Shown here piece after piece: positions 19,982-29,733 of a DNA stretch of 52,934 nucleotides (its first letter is position 1; every line of letters starts with the position of its first letter). Position numbers and translations under genes: made by a program. A model generated the notes under the pieces. The model was not told the DNA's origin and made no database searches. It saw only the letters and a program-made list of their open reading frames with translations. The stretch comes from Blastocatellia bacterium (lineage in GTDB: Bacteria; Acidobacteriota; Blastocatellia; RBC074): contig JBJXFM010000887.1 of the NCBI GenBank assembly GCA_046155425.1, forward strand, positions 1 to 52,934, written 5' to 3'.

Positions 19982-21715
19982 ATGCGACCAACATCTTCCA
20001 CATCTGTGCCCACATCCGTGGCCCAAGGGGATTTTTCACCACTATTGTGCCTCTTGTTCGCCGCGGGCCTGTTGTTTTATGGCCTTGGATGGCTGCCGCT
20101 TCTCGGTCCCGACGAACCGCGATACACCGAGGTCGCGCGGGAAATGTTTCTGTCGGGTGATTGGATCACCCCCCGGATCGGCGGCCTGCACTGGTTTGAA
20201 AAACCTGCCCTGACGTACTGGCTGTCCGCTGCCGGCTTCAGCATTTTTGGCGTCACGGAATTTGGCGCGCGCGTCTTTATTGCCCTGCTGGCGTTTTTCG
20301 GCGCTGGCGCCCTTTATCTTTCCGGCGCCACCCTCCGCTCGAAAACCCGCGGTTACCTGTGTGCGACGGTTTTGTTATCCAGCGGTTTGTGGATCGGGTT
20401 TGGCCGTGCCGCCACTTTTGACCTGCCGCTGGCCGTCTGTATGGAACTGGCGCTGCTTTGCTTTTTCCATTACGAATCCGGCGGCGCCCAGGCGCGGAAC
20501 AGGCCGGCCATCTGGTGGTATTCATGTTGTTTCTGTCTGGGTCTCGCGGTCCTCGCCAAGGGCCTGGTGGGCATTGTCCTGCCGGGCATCATAATCGGGC
20601 TGTATCTGTTGCTGACCGGTGGGTTATTCAGGTTCCTGAAAAACCCCGCGCCAATCGCCATGGGCGCAGTCGTTTTCACGCTGACGGCCGCTCTGTGGTA
20701 CGGGCCGATGTTCCGGCGGCATGGCCACGAGTTCTGGCAGGAGTTTTTCCTTGCGCATCATTTCCAGCGGTACCTGACCAATAAATACAATCATCCGCAA
20801 CCATTTTATTTTTTCCCCGCCGTCGCCGTGCTTGGATGCCTGCCCTGGTCCTTTTACCTGTTTCCCGCCCTGGCGAAATTGCCGGGCGTCATCAGGGCCT
20901 CCTGGCATGGCGCGAAATCAAACCTGGCGGAACCAAACCTGGCGGAACCAAACCTGATTGACAGGCTGCGGTTGTTTTTATGGATCTGGGCGCTCGTCCC
21001 CGTCCTTTTCTTTTCGTTTTCCGGATCCAAACTTCCAGGCTACATCCTGCCGGTTTTCCCCGCCCTGGCCATGCTGATTGGCCTTGAACTGGAACAGGCG
21101 CTGGAAAACCACGGCTTCAGCTGGCCCGGGATTCTGAATATGTTTCTGCTGCTGGTGGCGGGAATCTATTTATTGCGTGGCGGAAGCGCGGATTTACGGC
21201 TGGCGGGCAATCATCATCTGATCCTGGGCGGTAGTCTCGGCCTGATTGCAACTGTCGGCCTTTTCCTGTTTTTTTCGCGGCGAAGCAGGCTGGTGGCCTA
21301 TCTGTTACCCGCGGGCATCACGCTGCTCATTGTTCTGTCCTGCCATCTGATTTTCCCGGTTCTGGCCAGACAGGAATCCATGCGCGATTTGTCGCTGCGG
21401 GCAAAGGAACTGGCCCTCCCGGGTGAAAAACTCGTATTTTTCATTAACACCGAGCAAAGCCTGAATTTTTATGCGCCGGAACAGGGGCTTTATGATCAAA
21501 AAGCCGCCCTGCGAACACCAATGACCACACGGGAAATTCAGGAGATTCTGCGCGAGGGTGGGAGGGAAAGCCTGCTGGTGATTTCGCTGCGGCGCTGGAG
21601 CGGGTCACTGGTGGAATTTTTTGGGGACAGCGCCGGATGGCTGGCTGAACAGCCACGGGAAAACCGGCGCGGTGATCATCTGGATGATTTGCTGCTTTAT
21701 CGGATCAGACGCTGA
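19982..21715 (+). CDS. ArnT/GT83-like (PMT family) integral membrane glycosyltransferase
   Basis: PDEPRYTEVAREM...GDWITP...FEKP, LAKGLVG, FFSFSGSKLPGYILP; many TM helices. Confidence 0.88.
   Translation: MRPTSSTSVPTSVAQGDFSPLLCLLFAAGLLFYGLGWLPLLGPDEPRYTEVAREMFLSGDWITPRIGGLHWFEKPALTYWLSAAGFSIFGVTEFGARVFIALLAFFGAGALYLSGATLRSKTRGYLCATVLLSSGLWIGFGRAATFDLPLAVCMELALLCFFHYESGGAQARNRPAIWWYSCCFCLGLAVLAKGLVGIVLPGIIIGLYLLLTGGLFRFLKNPAPIAMGAVVFTLTAALWYGPMFRRHGHEFWQEFFLAHHFQRYLTNKYNHPQPFYFFPAVAVLGCLPWSFYLFPALAKLPGVIRASWHGAKSNLAEPNLAEPNLIDRLRLFLWIWALVPVLFFSFSGSKLPGYILPVFPALAMLIGLELEQALENHGFSWPGILNMFLLLVAGIYLLRGGSADLRLAGNHHLILGGSLGLIATVGLFLFFSRRSRLVAYLLPAGITLLIVLSCHLIFPVLARQESMRDLSLRAKELALPGEKLVFFINTEQSLNFYAPEQGLYDQKAALRTPMTTREIQEILREGGRESLLVISLRRWSGSLVEFFGDSAGWLAEQPRENRRGDHLDDLLLYRIRR
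20919..20956 (+). repeat. In-frame 15-bp tandem repeat (2.5 copies) inside the ArnT-like gene
   Basis: CAAACCTGGCGGAAC x2 plus CAAACCTG, encoding NLAEP-NLAEP-NL. Confidence 0.85.
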
Positions 21716-21727
21716 ACCACCGGCCTT

Positions 21728-22762
21728 TTACCGGGTCACGCGGGCAACCTTATTTTCCTGCTTTTCCGTGTCCGCCGACGCGGCCGTTTCACCGGCATTT
21801 TCCACGGGGGTCAGCCCTTCGCGGGGAATTTCGCGGCGGAAAAACGCCACGAGACGGTCATCATAGGCAGCCTGCACACCGCCGGTCACCAGATCCAGAC
21901 GGCTCTGGTCAACATTAATCAGCTCCTTTTGGCCACCGGATCGGGCAAACAGATCGCGGGTCGTACGGTCATAAACCCCGGCATTGCTGCTGGTAATAAA
22001 CCACACTTTCAGATTGCCCATGTTTCCAATGATCTTTTCAACCGACGCTTTTTCCATCTTGCTGCCCAGATAAAAACGCAGGCCGTTGCTGACCAGGCCT
22101 TCCATCCACTGTCCGGCGCGGCCAAACTTTTCCCTGACGAGATGACGCGCCAGAAACCGCGGATCTCCGTATACGGCATCGACCGCGACCGCGCGGACAT
22201 CCGTGGATCGCTGCGCCGCCACCAGCGCCGCGTATCCGCCAAGTGACGCGCCATAAATGCCGATCCGGGCCTGATCAACCACCGGAATGACATCGTTCAC
22301 CTTCAATGACTTGAGGTGCCCGATGGCGTCCAGCAAATCCTCGCCTTCATCCACGCCCAGCGAGGTTCCCCTGACCGGGCTCGCGCCGTGGCCACGCAAA
22401 TCCGGCAGCAGGACCGTATAACCGGCGTTTCGCAGACGCACTCCCATATCGAGCAGTTCCGAGCGGTTACGTCCATATCCATGCGCCAGCACAATCGCGG
22501 GGGCTCCCAACGTCCCGCGCAACAGCCAGCCGGAAGCTGCGGTCCTGTCCTTATTCGCCCATTTTTCCTCGGACCACCCCAGGCTGCTGCCCGTCAGTTC
22601 CGCATAATGCTGTGGCGTGACAATTTCCGGCATACGCGGCGGGTGCGTGACCAGATGTGTCATATAGCCCGCGTACAAAATAATGATCAGCAATAATCCC
22701 GTCGCCACCGGCACAAATGCCAGCGCAAGGCGGATCACAATATGTCGCTGTTGGATTGCCAT
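21728..22762 (-). CDS. Membrane-anchored alpha/beta hydrolase
   Basis: N-terminal TM; IVLAHGYG, PDLRGHGAS, nucleophile elbow GASLGG. Start placed at ATG 22762 because the longer ORF runs into a tandem repeat. Confidence 0.85.
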   Translation of the reverse strand: MAIQQRHIVIRLALAFVPVATGLLLIIILYAGYMTHLVTHPPRMPEIVTPQHYAELTGSSLGWSEEKWANKDRTAASGWLLRGTLGAPAIVLAHGYGRNRSELLDMGVRLRNAGYTVLLPDLRGHGASPVRGTSLGVDEGEDLLDAIGHLKSLKVNDVIPVVDQARIGIYGASLGGYAALVAAQRSTDVRAVAVDAVYGDPRFLARHLVREKFGRAGQWMEGLVSNGLRFYLGSKMEKASVEKIIGNMGNLKVWFITSSNAGVYDRTTRDLFARSGGQKELINVDQSRLDLVTGGVQAAYDDRLVAFFRREIPREGLTPVENAGETAASADTEKQENKVARVTR

Positions 22763-22816
22763 AACCGAAACCAGGGTAACCGGAATTGCGAGGGCTGGTG
22801 AATGAGAGCCGCGGCT

Positions 22817-22910
22817 GGGACTAGCTTCTGCGGGGACCTGCTTCTGCGGGGACATGCTTCTGCGGGGACATGCTTCTGCGGGGACTTGCTTCTGCGGGGA
22901 CTTGCTTCTG
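22817..22910. repeat. 16-bp tandem array, 6 copies (last incomplete), between divergent genes
   Basis: Unit GGGAC(TA/CT/AT/AT/TT/TT)GCTTCTGCG starting at 22817, 22833, 22849, 22865, 22881, 22897; no spacers. Confidence 0.95.
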
Positions 22911-23009
22911 TAAGATGTTCAGGCACAATGGCGCGTGAACTCCGTGACAAAAAAGCAAGCGGAATATAACACAACTTTCACAGGCGCCCACAGCAAAAAA
23001 GTCAAATTG

Positions 23010-23930
23010 ATGACAGTGACAAAAAACGACACCATGGTACAGGCGCTGGTGGCGGGCAGTGGTGTCCGCGCGATCGCCGCGGTGACCACACAACTGACGG
23101 GTGAAGCCTGCCGCCGGCATGGGACTTCACGCACGGCCACCGCCGCCCTTGGACGCGCGCTGACCGGGGCCCTGCTGCTCGGCCGCACCTTCAAGGATCT
23201 GGAACGTGTCACCCTGCAGTTTCAGGGTCGCGGCCCGGCGGGAACCATCTTTGCCGAAGCCAGTTCGCGGGGAACCGTTCGCGGCTACATCACCAATCCC
23301 GCCGCCGAAGTTCCGCTCAATAAACATGGGAAACTGGATGTCGGCGGCCTGCTGGGTCCGGGGCTGCTGCATGTCATTCGCGAAGCCGCGTGGGAAATGG
23401 GCTTCTCGCGCGAGCCTTATTACGGCTCTGTCCCGTTGGTTTCCGGCGAAATCGCCGAGGATCTGGCCAATTACCTGCTGGTGTCCGAGCAAATCTCCTC
23501 GGCCGTTTCGCTGGGTGTTTTCACCAGCCTGGACGAAGCGGGCGGCGCGCAGGTAACCGCCGCGGGTGGATACCTGATTCAACTGATGCCCGGCGCCGAC
23601 GAGGAAACTATTGCCACGCTGGAAACCGCCATTTCCCTCGCGCCCCATACCACGGAAATGATCCGGCAGGGCGCGGACGCCAGTGACATTCTGCGCATCG
23701 CCCTGAACGAAATGCCGCTGGAAATTCTCGAGGAAATTCCGGTCGCGCTGCGGTGTTCGTGCTCACCGGAACGGGCCTTTAATCTTGTCGCCGCGCTGGG
23801 AAACGCCGAAATCACCGACATGCTGGAACAGGATCACGGCGCGAAACTGACCTGCCATTTCTGCAACGAAGTTTACTGGCTGGATGAAGCCGCACTGCGG
23901 CAGATGCTGGAACCGCCCATGGTCATGTAA
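23010..23930 (+). CDS. hslO: Hsp33 redox-regulated chaperone
   Basis: TATAALGRALTGALLL, GTVRGY, PYYGSVPLVSGEIAEDLANYLLVSEQ, AGGYLIQLMPGA, C-terminal CSC...CHFC zinc centre. Confidence 0.94.
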   Translation: MTVTKNDTMVQALVAGSGVRAIAAVTTQLTGEACRRHGTSRTATAALGRALTGALLLGRTFKDLERVTLQFQGRGPAGTIFAEASSRGTVRGYITNPAAEVPLNKHGKLDVGGLLGPGLLHVIREAAWEMGFSREPYYGSVPLVSGEIAEDLANYLLVSEQISSAVSLGVFTSLDEAGGAQVTAAGGYLIQLMPGADEETIATLETAISLAPHTTEMIRQGADASDILRIALNEMPLEILEEIPVALRCSCSPERAFNLVAALGNAEITDMLEQDHGAKLTCHFCNEVYWLDEAALRQMLEPPMVM

Positions 23931-23968
23931 CCCGTGCGCGGATCCGGCTGGCGCGATTTCATTGCCCC

Positions 23969-26605
23969 ATGACGACCCCGCTACGCCGTCAATATCTGGA
24001 CATCAAACGCCGCTATCCCGGCATGATCCTGCTGTTCCAGATTGGCGATTTTTACGAGACATTTGACGAGGACGCCCATGTCCTGGCGCGCGAACTCGGC
24101 GTGGCCCTGACACGCAAGTGGTTCGGCAAGGGGCAGGTACATCCGCTGGCCGGCATTCCCACCCGTTCGCTGGAATCCCATCTCGCCAAACTCATCCAGC
24201 GCGGCCACAAAATCGCCATCTGTGACCAGGTCACACCGCCAGGCAAGGGACTGGTACAACGCGGGGTCACGCGCATCATCACGCCGGGAACCCTGATCGA
24301 GCCCGGCTTGCTCGAAGGCCGCAACAACAATTTCCTGGCCAGTTACATCACACCCCATGGCAATGAAACCGTGGCTGCGTCCGGCGCCCGCGCGGGAATC
24401 GCCTGGGCGGATGTGTCCACCGGGGAGTTCGCCGCGGCCGAGCTGGACCGCGAACAGGCGCTGGCCGAACTGGAACGTCTGGGAGCCGCCGAACTGATCA
24501 TTCCGCGAGAGATGACGCCTCCCGCCATTGATGTGCGTTCGCTGACCCGCGTGGCCGTGGAACAGACCCAGGCGGGACCTGCCCGCAAGGCCCTGCTGGA
24601 ACATTTCGCGGCGAAAACGCTGGCGCCATTCGGCCTGGAACAGCAGCCGCTCGCCGTCCGGGCTGCCGGCGCGATCCTCGCGTACCTGCGCGACACACAA
24701 CCCGACGCGCTGCAAAACCTGACACGGCTGCAACAACTCGCCACGGAAAATTTCATGCGGATTGATCCGCAGACCGTCCGCAATCTGGAGATCTTTCAAA
24801 GCTGGGATTTCACGGGTGGCGCGCCCATCGGATCGCTGGTCGCCGGCATCGACCTGACGCTGACGCCAATGGGCGGGCGCTGGCTGCGCAAATGGCTGCG
24901 GCATCCGTTGCTCGACCTGACGGAAATTCGCGCGCGCCAGGACACCATCGAATGGTTTGTCAAACAACCACAGGCGCGGGAAAAGCTGCGCGAGGCCCTG
25001 GCTTCCGTCCTCGATGTTGAGCGCCTGCTGGGCCGCATCCGGCGCCGCGCCGCCGTCCCGGCGGAAATCAGCGCGCTGGCGCACAGCCTGCGCCAGTTGC
25101 CGCACATTCGCGCCGCGCTGGAAAAAAGGACCGGCAAATCCCGCCCACCGACCGAATTCACCGCCCCGCTCGAACAGTGCCAGGACCTGGTTGAATACAT
25201 TGACCGTGCGATTATGGACCGCGCGCCGGCGGACTTTGATCGCGGGGGCATCATTCGCGAGGGCTTTTCCCCTGAACTCGACGAACTGCGCGGCCGACTC
25301 ACCGGCGGAAAGGATTTCCTCGCAAAGTTCGAAGCCCGTGAACGCGCGCGCACCGGCATTAAATCGCTCAGGGTCGGGTACAACAAAGTCTTTGGTTATT
25401 ACATCGAGATCACCAAACCAAACCTGCGACTGGCCCCACGTGATTACATTCGCAAACAGACGCTGACCAACGCCGAACGCTTTTTCACGATGGAGCTCAA
25501 AGAGCACGAATCCCTGATTGCGAATGCCAAAGAACGCCTGCAGGAACTGGAACAAAGCCTCTATCGGCAGATCTGCGATGAACTCAGCCGCCATCATCAG
25601 CGCATCGGTCGTGTCGCCACCGGCGTGGCGCGGCTTGACCTGTACGCCGCATTTGCCGAAATGGCGGCGCGGCATCATTACGTGCGCCCCGAGCTCAATG
25701 ACAGCGCTGAATTAATGATCAACGGGGGACGGCATCCGATGATCGAACTGCGCCTCACCGGGGAAAGCGATCCGTCCACGCACGAAACCGCGCCGGGCCG
25801 CTCATTTGTCGCCAACGACACGGCGTTGTCCGCCGATGCCACAAGGATCATGTTATTGACCGCGCCAAACATGGCCGGAAAATCCGTATATCTGCGCCAG
25901 GTCGCCCTGATCGTTCTGCTGGCGCAAACGGGCAGTTTCGTCCCGGCCACTTCCGCGCGCATCGGGCTTGTGGATCGTATCTTCACGCGCATCGGACTGA
26001 CGGATTACACCCTCCAGGGACATTCGAGTTTCATGGTCGAGATGATCGAAACGGCGCGTATCCTGAACCAGGCGACCCCGCGCAGCCTGATCCTGCTGGA
26101 TGAGGTCGGTCGCGGAACATCCACGGCCGATGGCCTGTCCATTGCCCGCGCCGTGATTGAGTACCTGCACAACCATCCGGCGGTTCGGGCGAAAACCCTG
26201 TTCGCCACGCATTACCATGAGCTCACGGATGCGCCTGAATACCTGCCACACGTGAAAAATTTTCATCTGGCGGTCGAGGAAATCGCGGGCAACGTCAGAT
26301 ACCTCCATTGCGTTAAACCCGGGAAAGCAGAAAAAAGCTTTGGAATTCACGTGGCGCAGCTGGCCGGTCTGCCCAAACCCGTGATCAACCGCGCCACCGA
26401 GTTATTACAGAAACACAGCCTGGAAAAAAACAGGGATGATAACGGTCATCAATCCATTCCCTCCGCGGATCATGACCCCACCTGCAAACAGGTAGCCGAT
26501 CAATTGCGGCGACTGGACCTCAACAACATCAGCCCGGTGGAAGCCCTGACAAGACTGTATGAGTTTCAGTGTCAGTTAACAGCGAAAATCATCAAACAGC
26601 CGTAA
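23969..26605 (+). CDS. mutS: DNA mismatch repair protein MutS
   Basis: TPLRRQYLDIK, FQIGDFYETF (mismatch-binding FYE), ITPGT, Walker A TAPNMAGKS, LDEVGRGTST, LFATHYHEL. Confidence 0.96.
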   Translation: MTTPLRRQYLDIKRRYPGMILLFQIGDFYETFDEDAHVLARELGVALTRKWFGKGQVHPLAGIPTRSLESHLAKLIQRGHKIAICDQVTPPGKGLVQRGVTRIITPGTLIEPGLLEGRNNNFLASYITPHGNETVAASGARAGIAWADVSTGEFAAAELDREQALAELERLGAAELIIPREMTPPAIDVRSLTRVAVEQTQAGPARKALLEHFAAKTLAPFGLEQQPLAVRAAGAILAYLRDTQPDALQNLTRLQQLATENFMRIDPQTVRNLEIFQSWDFTGGAPIGSLVAGIDLTLTPMGGRWLRKWLRHPLLDLTEIRARQDTIEWFVKQPQAREKLREALASVLDVERLLGRIRRRAAVPAEISALAHSLRQLPHIRAALEKRTGKSRPPTEFTAPLEQCQDLVEYIDRAIMDRAPADFDRGGIIREGFSPELDELRGRLTGGKDFLAKFEARERARTGIKSLRVGYNKVFGYYIEITKPNLRLAPRDYIRKQTLTNAERFFTMELKEHESLIANAKERLQELEQSLYRQICDELSRHHQRIGRVATGVARLDLYAAFAEMAARHHYVRPELNDSAELMINGGRHPMIELRLTGESDPSTHETAPGRSFVANDTALSADATRIMLLTAPNMAGKSVYLRQVALIVLLAQTGSFVPATSARIGLVDRIFTRIGLTDYTLQGHSSFMVEMIETARILNQATPRSLILLDEVGRGTSTADGLSIARAVIEYLHNHPAVRAKTLFATHYHELTDAPEYLPHVKNFHLAVEEIAGNVRYLHCVKPGKAEKSFGIHVAQLAGLPKPVINRATELLQKHSLEKNRDDNGHQSIPSADHDPTCKQVADQLRRLDLNNISPVEALTRLYEFQCQLTAKIIKQP

Positions 26606-26703
26606 TGCCTGGACAAAGTGAAGTGCTGACCTGACAATTTCCCTGGTTCATCCCCCCGAAAAACTGGCAATCCCCCGTCTGTTCATTTAAGAAGGAGGAA
26701 CGA

Positions 26704-27795
26704 ATGAGAAAGGTGTATCTGCTGACGCTTGCCCTGACATTTCTGGGGTTGACCACGGTCCTCGCGGATCAGGTGACATTGAAAAACGGAGACCGTCTGA
26801 CTGGAACGATCGTCAAATCGGATGGAAAAACACTGGTCCTGAAAACGGAATTTGCGGGTGTCGTCACGATTGACTGGGCCTCGATTGAAAACATCAATTC
26901 CGGCGACGCCCTGAATCTGACTCTGAAGGACGGGCAGAAAGTCGTGGGAAAACTCTCCTCGCTGGATACCGGAAAAATCGGTGTGGAAACAACCGAGACG
27001 GGTCGTGTGGAACTGGCGCGCGACGCCATTACGACCATTCGCTCGAAGGAAGAAGAAGCGGCGTATCTGGCGGAAATCGAACGTTTGCGGAACCCGGGCA
27101 TTATGGATTTATGGGCCGGGTCGGCTGATTTCGGCGTTGCGCTGACCAGTGGTAACGCAAAAACCTCGACGCTGACCGTGGGTCTTGGCGCGGCCCGCGC
27201 CACGCCGCGCGACAAAATCAGTGTTTTCGCGGCGGGTCTGCGCGCTTCCAATTCCACGGCCGGCCGGACAATCCGCACCGCGAACGCGGCGCGTGGCGGC
27301 GTGCGGTATGACGTCAACATCAACAATAAAACCTTCGGCTTTGGTTTCACCGAACTCGATTACGATGAATTTCTGCTGATTGATTTTCGTGGCGTTTTCG
27401 GTGGCGGTCTTGGTTATCATGCTGTCAAAAACGAACGTATGACACTGGATCTGTTTGGCGGCGGAGCGTACAACAAAACCTATTTCGCCGCGGACAGAGT
27501 CAATAATAAAGCCGCGTTCAGCCGGGATTCGGCGGAAGTCCTGTTCGGTGAAGAGCTGGCGTATAAGGTATCCGGCCGCACTTCGCTGACACAACGCACG
27601 GTAGTCTTCCCGAACCTCTCGCAGCGTGGCGAGTATCGCTTCAATTTCGACACAACCGCGACTACCGCGCTGTCGAAATATCTGAGCTGGCAGATCACAT
27701 TCAGCGACAGATACCTGAGCAATCCGCCCTTTGGCCGCAAGAGCAACGACACCTTGCTGACCACTGGCATACGTGTCAACTTTGGCGGGAAATAG
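26704..27795 (+). CDS. DUF481 (YdiY-like) outer-membrane beta-barrel protein
   Basis: Strong SD AAGGAGG, signal peptide, ADQVTLKNGDRLTG N-domain, amphipathic strands, C-terminal NDTLLTTGIRVNF. Confidence 0.8.
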   Translation: MRKVYLLTLALTFLGLTTVLADQVTLKNGDRLTGTIVKSDGKTLVLKTEFAGVVTIDWASIENINSGDALNLTLKDGQKVVGKLSSLDTGKIGVETTETGRVELARDAITTIRSKEEEAAYLAEIERLRNPGIMDLWAGSADFGVALTSGNAKTSTLTVGLGAARATPRDKISVFAAGLRASNSTAGRTIRTANAARGGVRYDVNINNKTFGFGFTELDYDEFLLIDFRGVFGGGLGYHAVKNERMTLDLFGGGAYNKTYFAADRVNNKAAFSRDSAEVLFGEELAYKVSGRTSLTQRTVVFPNLSQRGEYRFNFDTTATTALSKYLSWQITFSDRYLSNPPFGRKSNDTLLTTGIRVNFGGK

Positions 27796-27845
27796 TTGTT
27801 TCCCGCGAGGAGGCGGCGCCTTTTCGGATCTCACGGAAAGGCGCC
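27785..27845 (+). other. Two tandem stem-loops after the DUF481 gene, no U-tract
   Basis: GCGGGAAA-TAGTTG-TTTCCCGC (27785-27806) and GGCGCCTTTTCG-GATCTCA-CGGAAAGGCGCC (27815-27845). Confidence 0.5.
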
Positions 27846-27890
27846 CATAATCAAAGCAATCTGCCGTTCAGAAGGAGATTTACAAGTACC

Positions 27891-28598
27891 ATGCGTTTTT
27901 TTTTTCTGCGTCCGGGTCATCTGATTCTCACCGTATTCCTTGCGCTGGCCTTTACGGTTTCCGCTCTGGTCCAGCACCCGATCGAAGGGAAATATGACGT
28001 TACCGTCACGGGTGACGCGGTTGGCTCACTGAGTTTTATACTGTCGCTCAAAAAAAACGGCGACAACTGGACGGGTGAAATCCAGAACTCGCCACAACCC
28101 ATGAATGTCACCAAATGCGAGGTCGGAACCGATAACGCCATCGTTTTATCGGCGGACACCGACGGAATTGCGATTGACATGAACGTGACCTGGGATAACG
28201 GAAAACTGGATGGCCAATGGACTGCCGGCGAACTCAGGGGGGGCGTGAAAGGCATGAAACAGAGCGGCGGCGCCGCGAAGCCAGCTCCTGCCACAACCGC
28301 GTCCACCACGCGCGCTTCCTATGAAGGCACGTACGCGGCGACGCTCACCGTCGAGGGTCAGGGCACGCTGCCATTTGGCATCACCATCCGGAAAGTGGGC
28401 GATAAATACAAGGCTGAAAGCACGGATGGAGGTCCGCTTGGCGTGGCCGGGTTCGAAGCTGCCGGAGACGATGTCACCCTGACTCTTACATTTCAGGGAA
28501 GTCCCTTTTCGATCAGCGGGAAACGTACCGACACCGGCATGGCTGGTAAATGGGAAACCGGCGGTTTGAAGGGCGTCTGGGAAGCCAAAAAGAAATAA
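27891..28598 (+). CDS. Hypothetical secreted protein with two tandem beta-rich domains
   Basis: SD AAGGAG; signal peptide; IEGKYDVTV...LDGQWTAG...GGVKGMK and YEGTYAATL...MAGKWETG...GVWEAKK separated by an Ala/Thr linker. Confidence 0.75.
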   Translation: MRFFFLRPGHLILTVFLALAFTVSALVQHPIEGKYDVTVTGDAVGSLSFILSLKKNGDNWTGEIQNSPQPMNVTKCEVGTDNAIVLSADTDGIAIDMNVTWDNGKLDGQWTAGELRGGVKGMKQSGGAAKPAPATTASTTRASYEGTYAATLTVEGQGTLPFGITIRKVGDKYKAESTDGGPLGVAGFEAAGDDVTLTLTFQGSPFSISGKRTDTGMAGKWETGGLKGVWEAKKK

Positions 28599-28624
28599 CT
28601 CGCGGGGAGATTTCCCGTGCCGAC

Positions 28625-28671
28625 AAACAGGGAGGGCATCCACGCCGTGGGAACGCCCTCCCTGTTTTTTT
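28625..28671. terminator. Intrinsic terminator, probably bidirectional
   Basis: AAACAGGGAGGGC...GCCCTCCCTGTTT followed by a T run, between convergent genes. Confidence 0.85.
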
Positions 28672-28689
28672 GTTTACGCCGCCGTGGAA

Positions 28690-29595
28690 TTACAACCAGT
28701 CCTGCGGCTGAAAATATTTGAGCGCTTCTTCTTCCGGTGAGCCTGGTTCCGGCGTGTAATCATATTTCCATGCGGCGAGTGCGGGCAGTGACATGAGGAT
28801 GGATTCCACGCGGCCACGCGTTTCCAGCCCGAACACCGTGCCACGGTCATACACCAGATTGAATTCCACATAACGTCCGCGGCGGATCAGTTGAAACTCG
28901 CGTTCCCGTTCGGTCCAGGGCATTGCGCGGCGCCGCGCGACAATCGGCAGGTATGCGGGCAGAAAGGCTTCCCCCGCGTCACGGACAAACGCAAACACCG
29001 ATTCCGGATCGTCTTTCAGGTAATCAAAAAAGATCCCGCTGACGCCTCGCATCTCATTTCGATGCGGGATGTGAAAATATTTGTCACAATTGTGACGAAA
29101 TTGTGTATAATCCGCCACGTCGTGCAAATCGCATACCGCCTTCAGCGTTTTATGAAAATGCACGATGTCCTCACGGAATGGATAGCCTGGCGTCAGATCG
29201 GTCCCTCCACCGAACCACCCCGTATCGCCTCTCTCCAGAAACCGGAAGTTGGCATGCACCGTTGGCACGTAAGGACTGTGCGGGTGCAGGACAAGTGAAA
29301 CCCCCGTAGCAAAGAATTTCCGGCCTGTTCCCAATCCGATTCTGTCCGCAAATGTTACCGGCAACTCACCATTTACGGCAGAGAAATTAACCCCGGCTTT
29401 CTCAAACAGCGCGCCATTTTCCAGTACGCGTGTGCGGCCCCCGCCACCACCTTCGCGATCCCACAAGTCCTCGCGAAAACGCGCCTGGCCATCGACCTCC
29501 GCAAGCGCTTCACAAATCCTGTCCTGCAGGCTCCGGAAGTAAGCCCGCGCTCTGTCTTTCAGATCGCCTTCCTGATCCGCGGAAATTTCCGGCAT
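28690..29595 (-). CDS. hemF: Oxygen-dependent coproporphyrinogen III oxidase
   Basis: GGGRTRVL...FEKAGVNFS, FFATGVSLVLHP..PYVPTVHANFR, WFGGGTDLTP, RRGRYVEFNLVYDRGT.FGL, ESILMSLP. Confidence 0.96.
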   Translation of the reverse strand: MPEISADQEGDLKDRARAYFRSLQDRICEALAEVDGQARFREDLWDREGGGGGRTRVLENGALFEKAGVNFSAVNGELPVTFADRIGLGTGRKFFATGVSLVLHPHSPYVPTVHANFRFLERGDTGWFGGGTDLTPGYPFREDIVHFHKTLKAVCDLHDVADYTQFRHNCDKYFHIPHRNEMRGVSGIFFDYLKDDPESVFAFVRDAGEAFLPAYLPIVARRRAMPWTEREREFQLIRRGRYVEFNLVYDRGTVFGLETRGRVESILMSLPALAAWKYDYTPEPGSPEEEALKYFQPQDWL

Positions 29596-29733
29596 CGTAA
29601 AGTTCCTTTTGCCACGGGAATCCGGCACAGGTTTGCAAGCGCACACACACACATTCTCAACATGTCCGCCACAGAATGTGCCCCGTCCGATTCACGAGAT
29701 CATTTGTTGGTTTGCACCATAGGAGTAATAGAC

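Noticed and set aside
22817-22910. CRISPR array
   Set aside because: Units are contiguous 16-mers without unique spacers, and no cas genes are present.
29624-29640. Sigma-54 promoter CGGCAC-AGGT-TTGCA upstream of the small ORF
   Set aside because: GG to GC spacing is 9 nt rather than the required 10.
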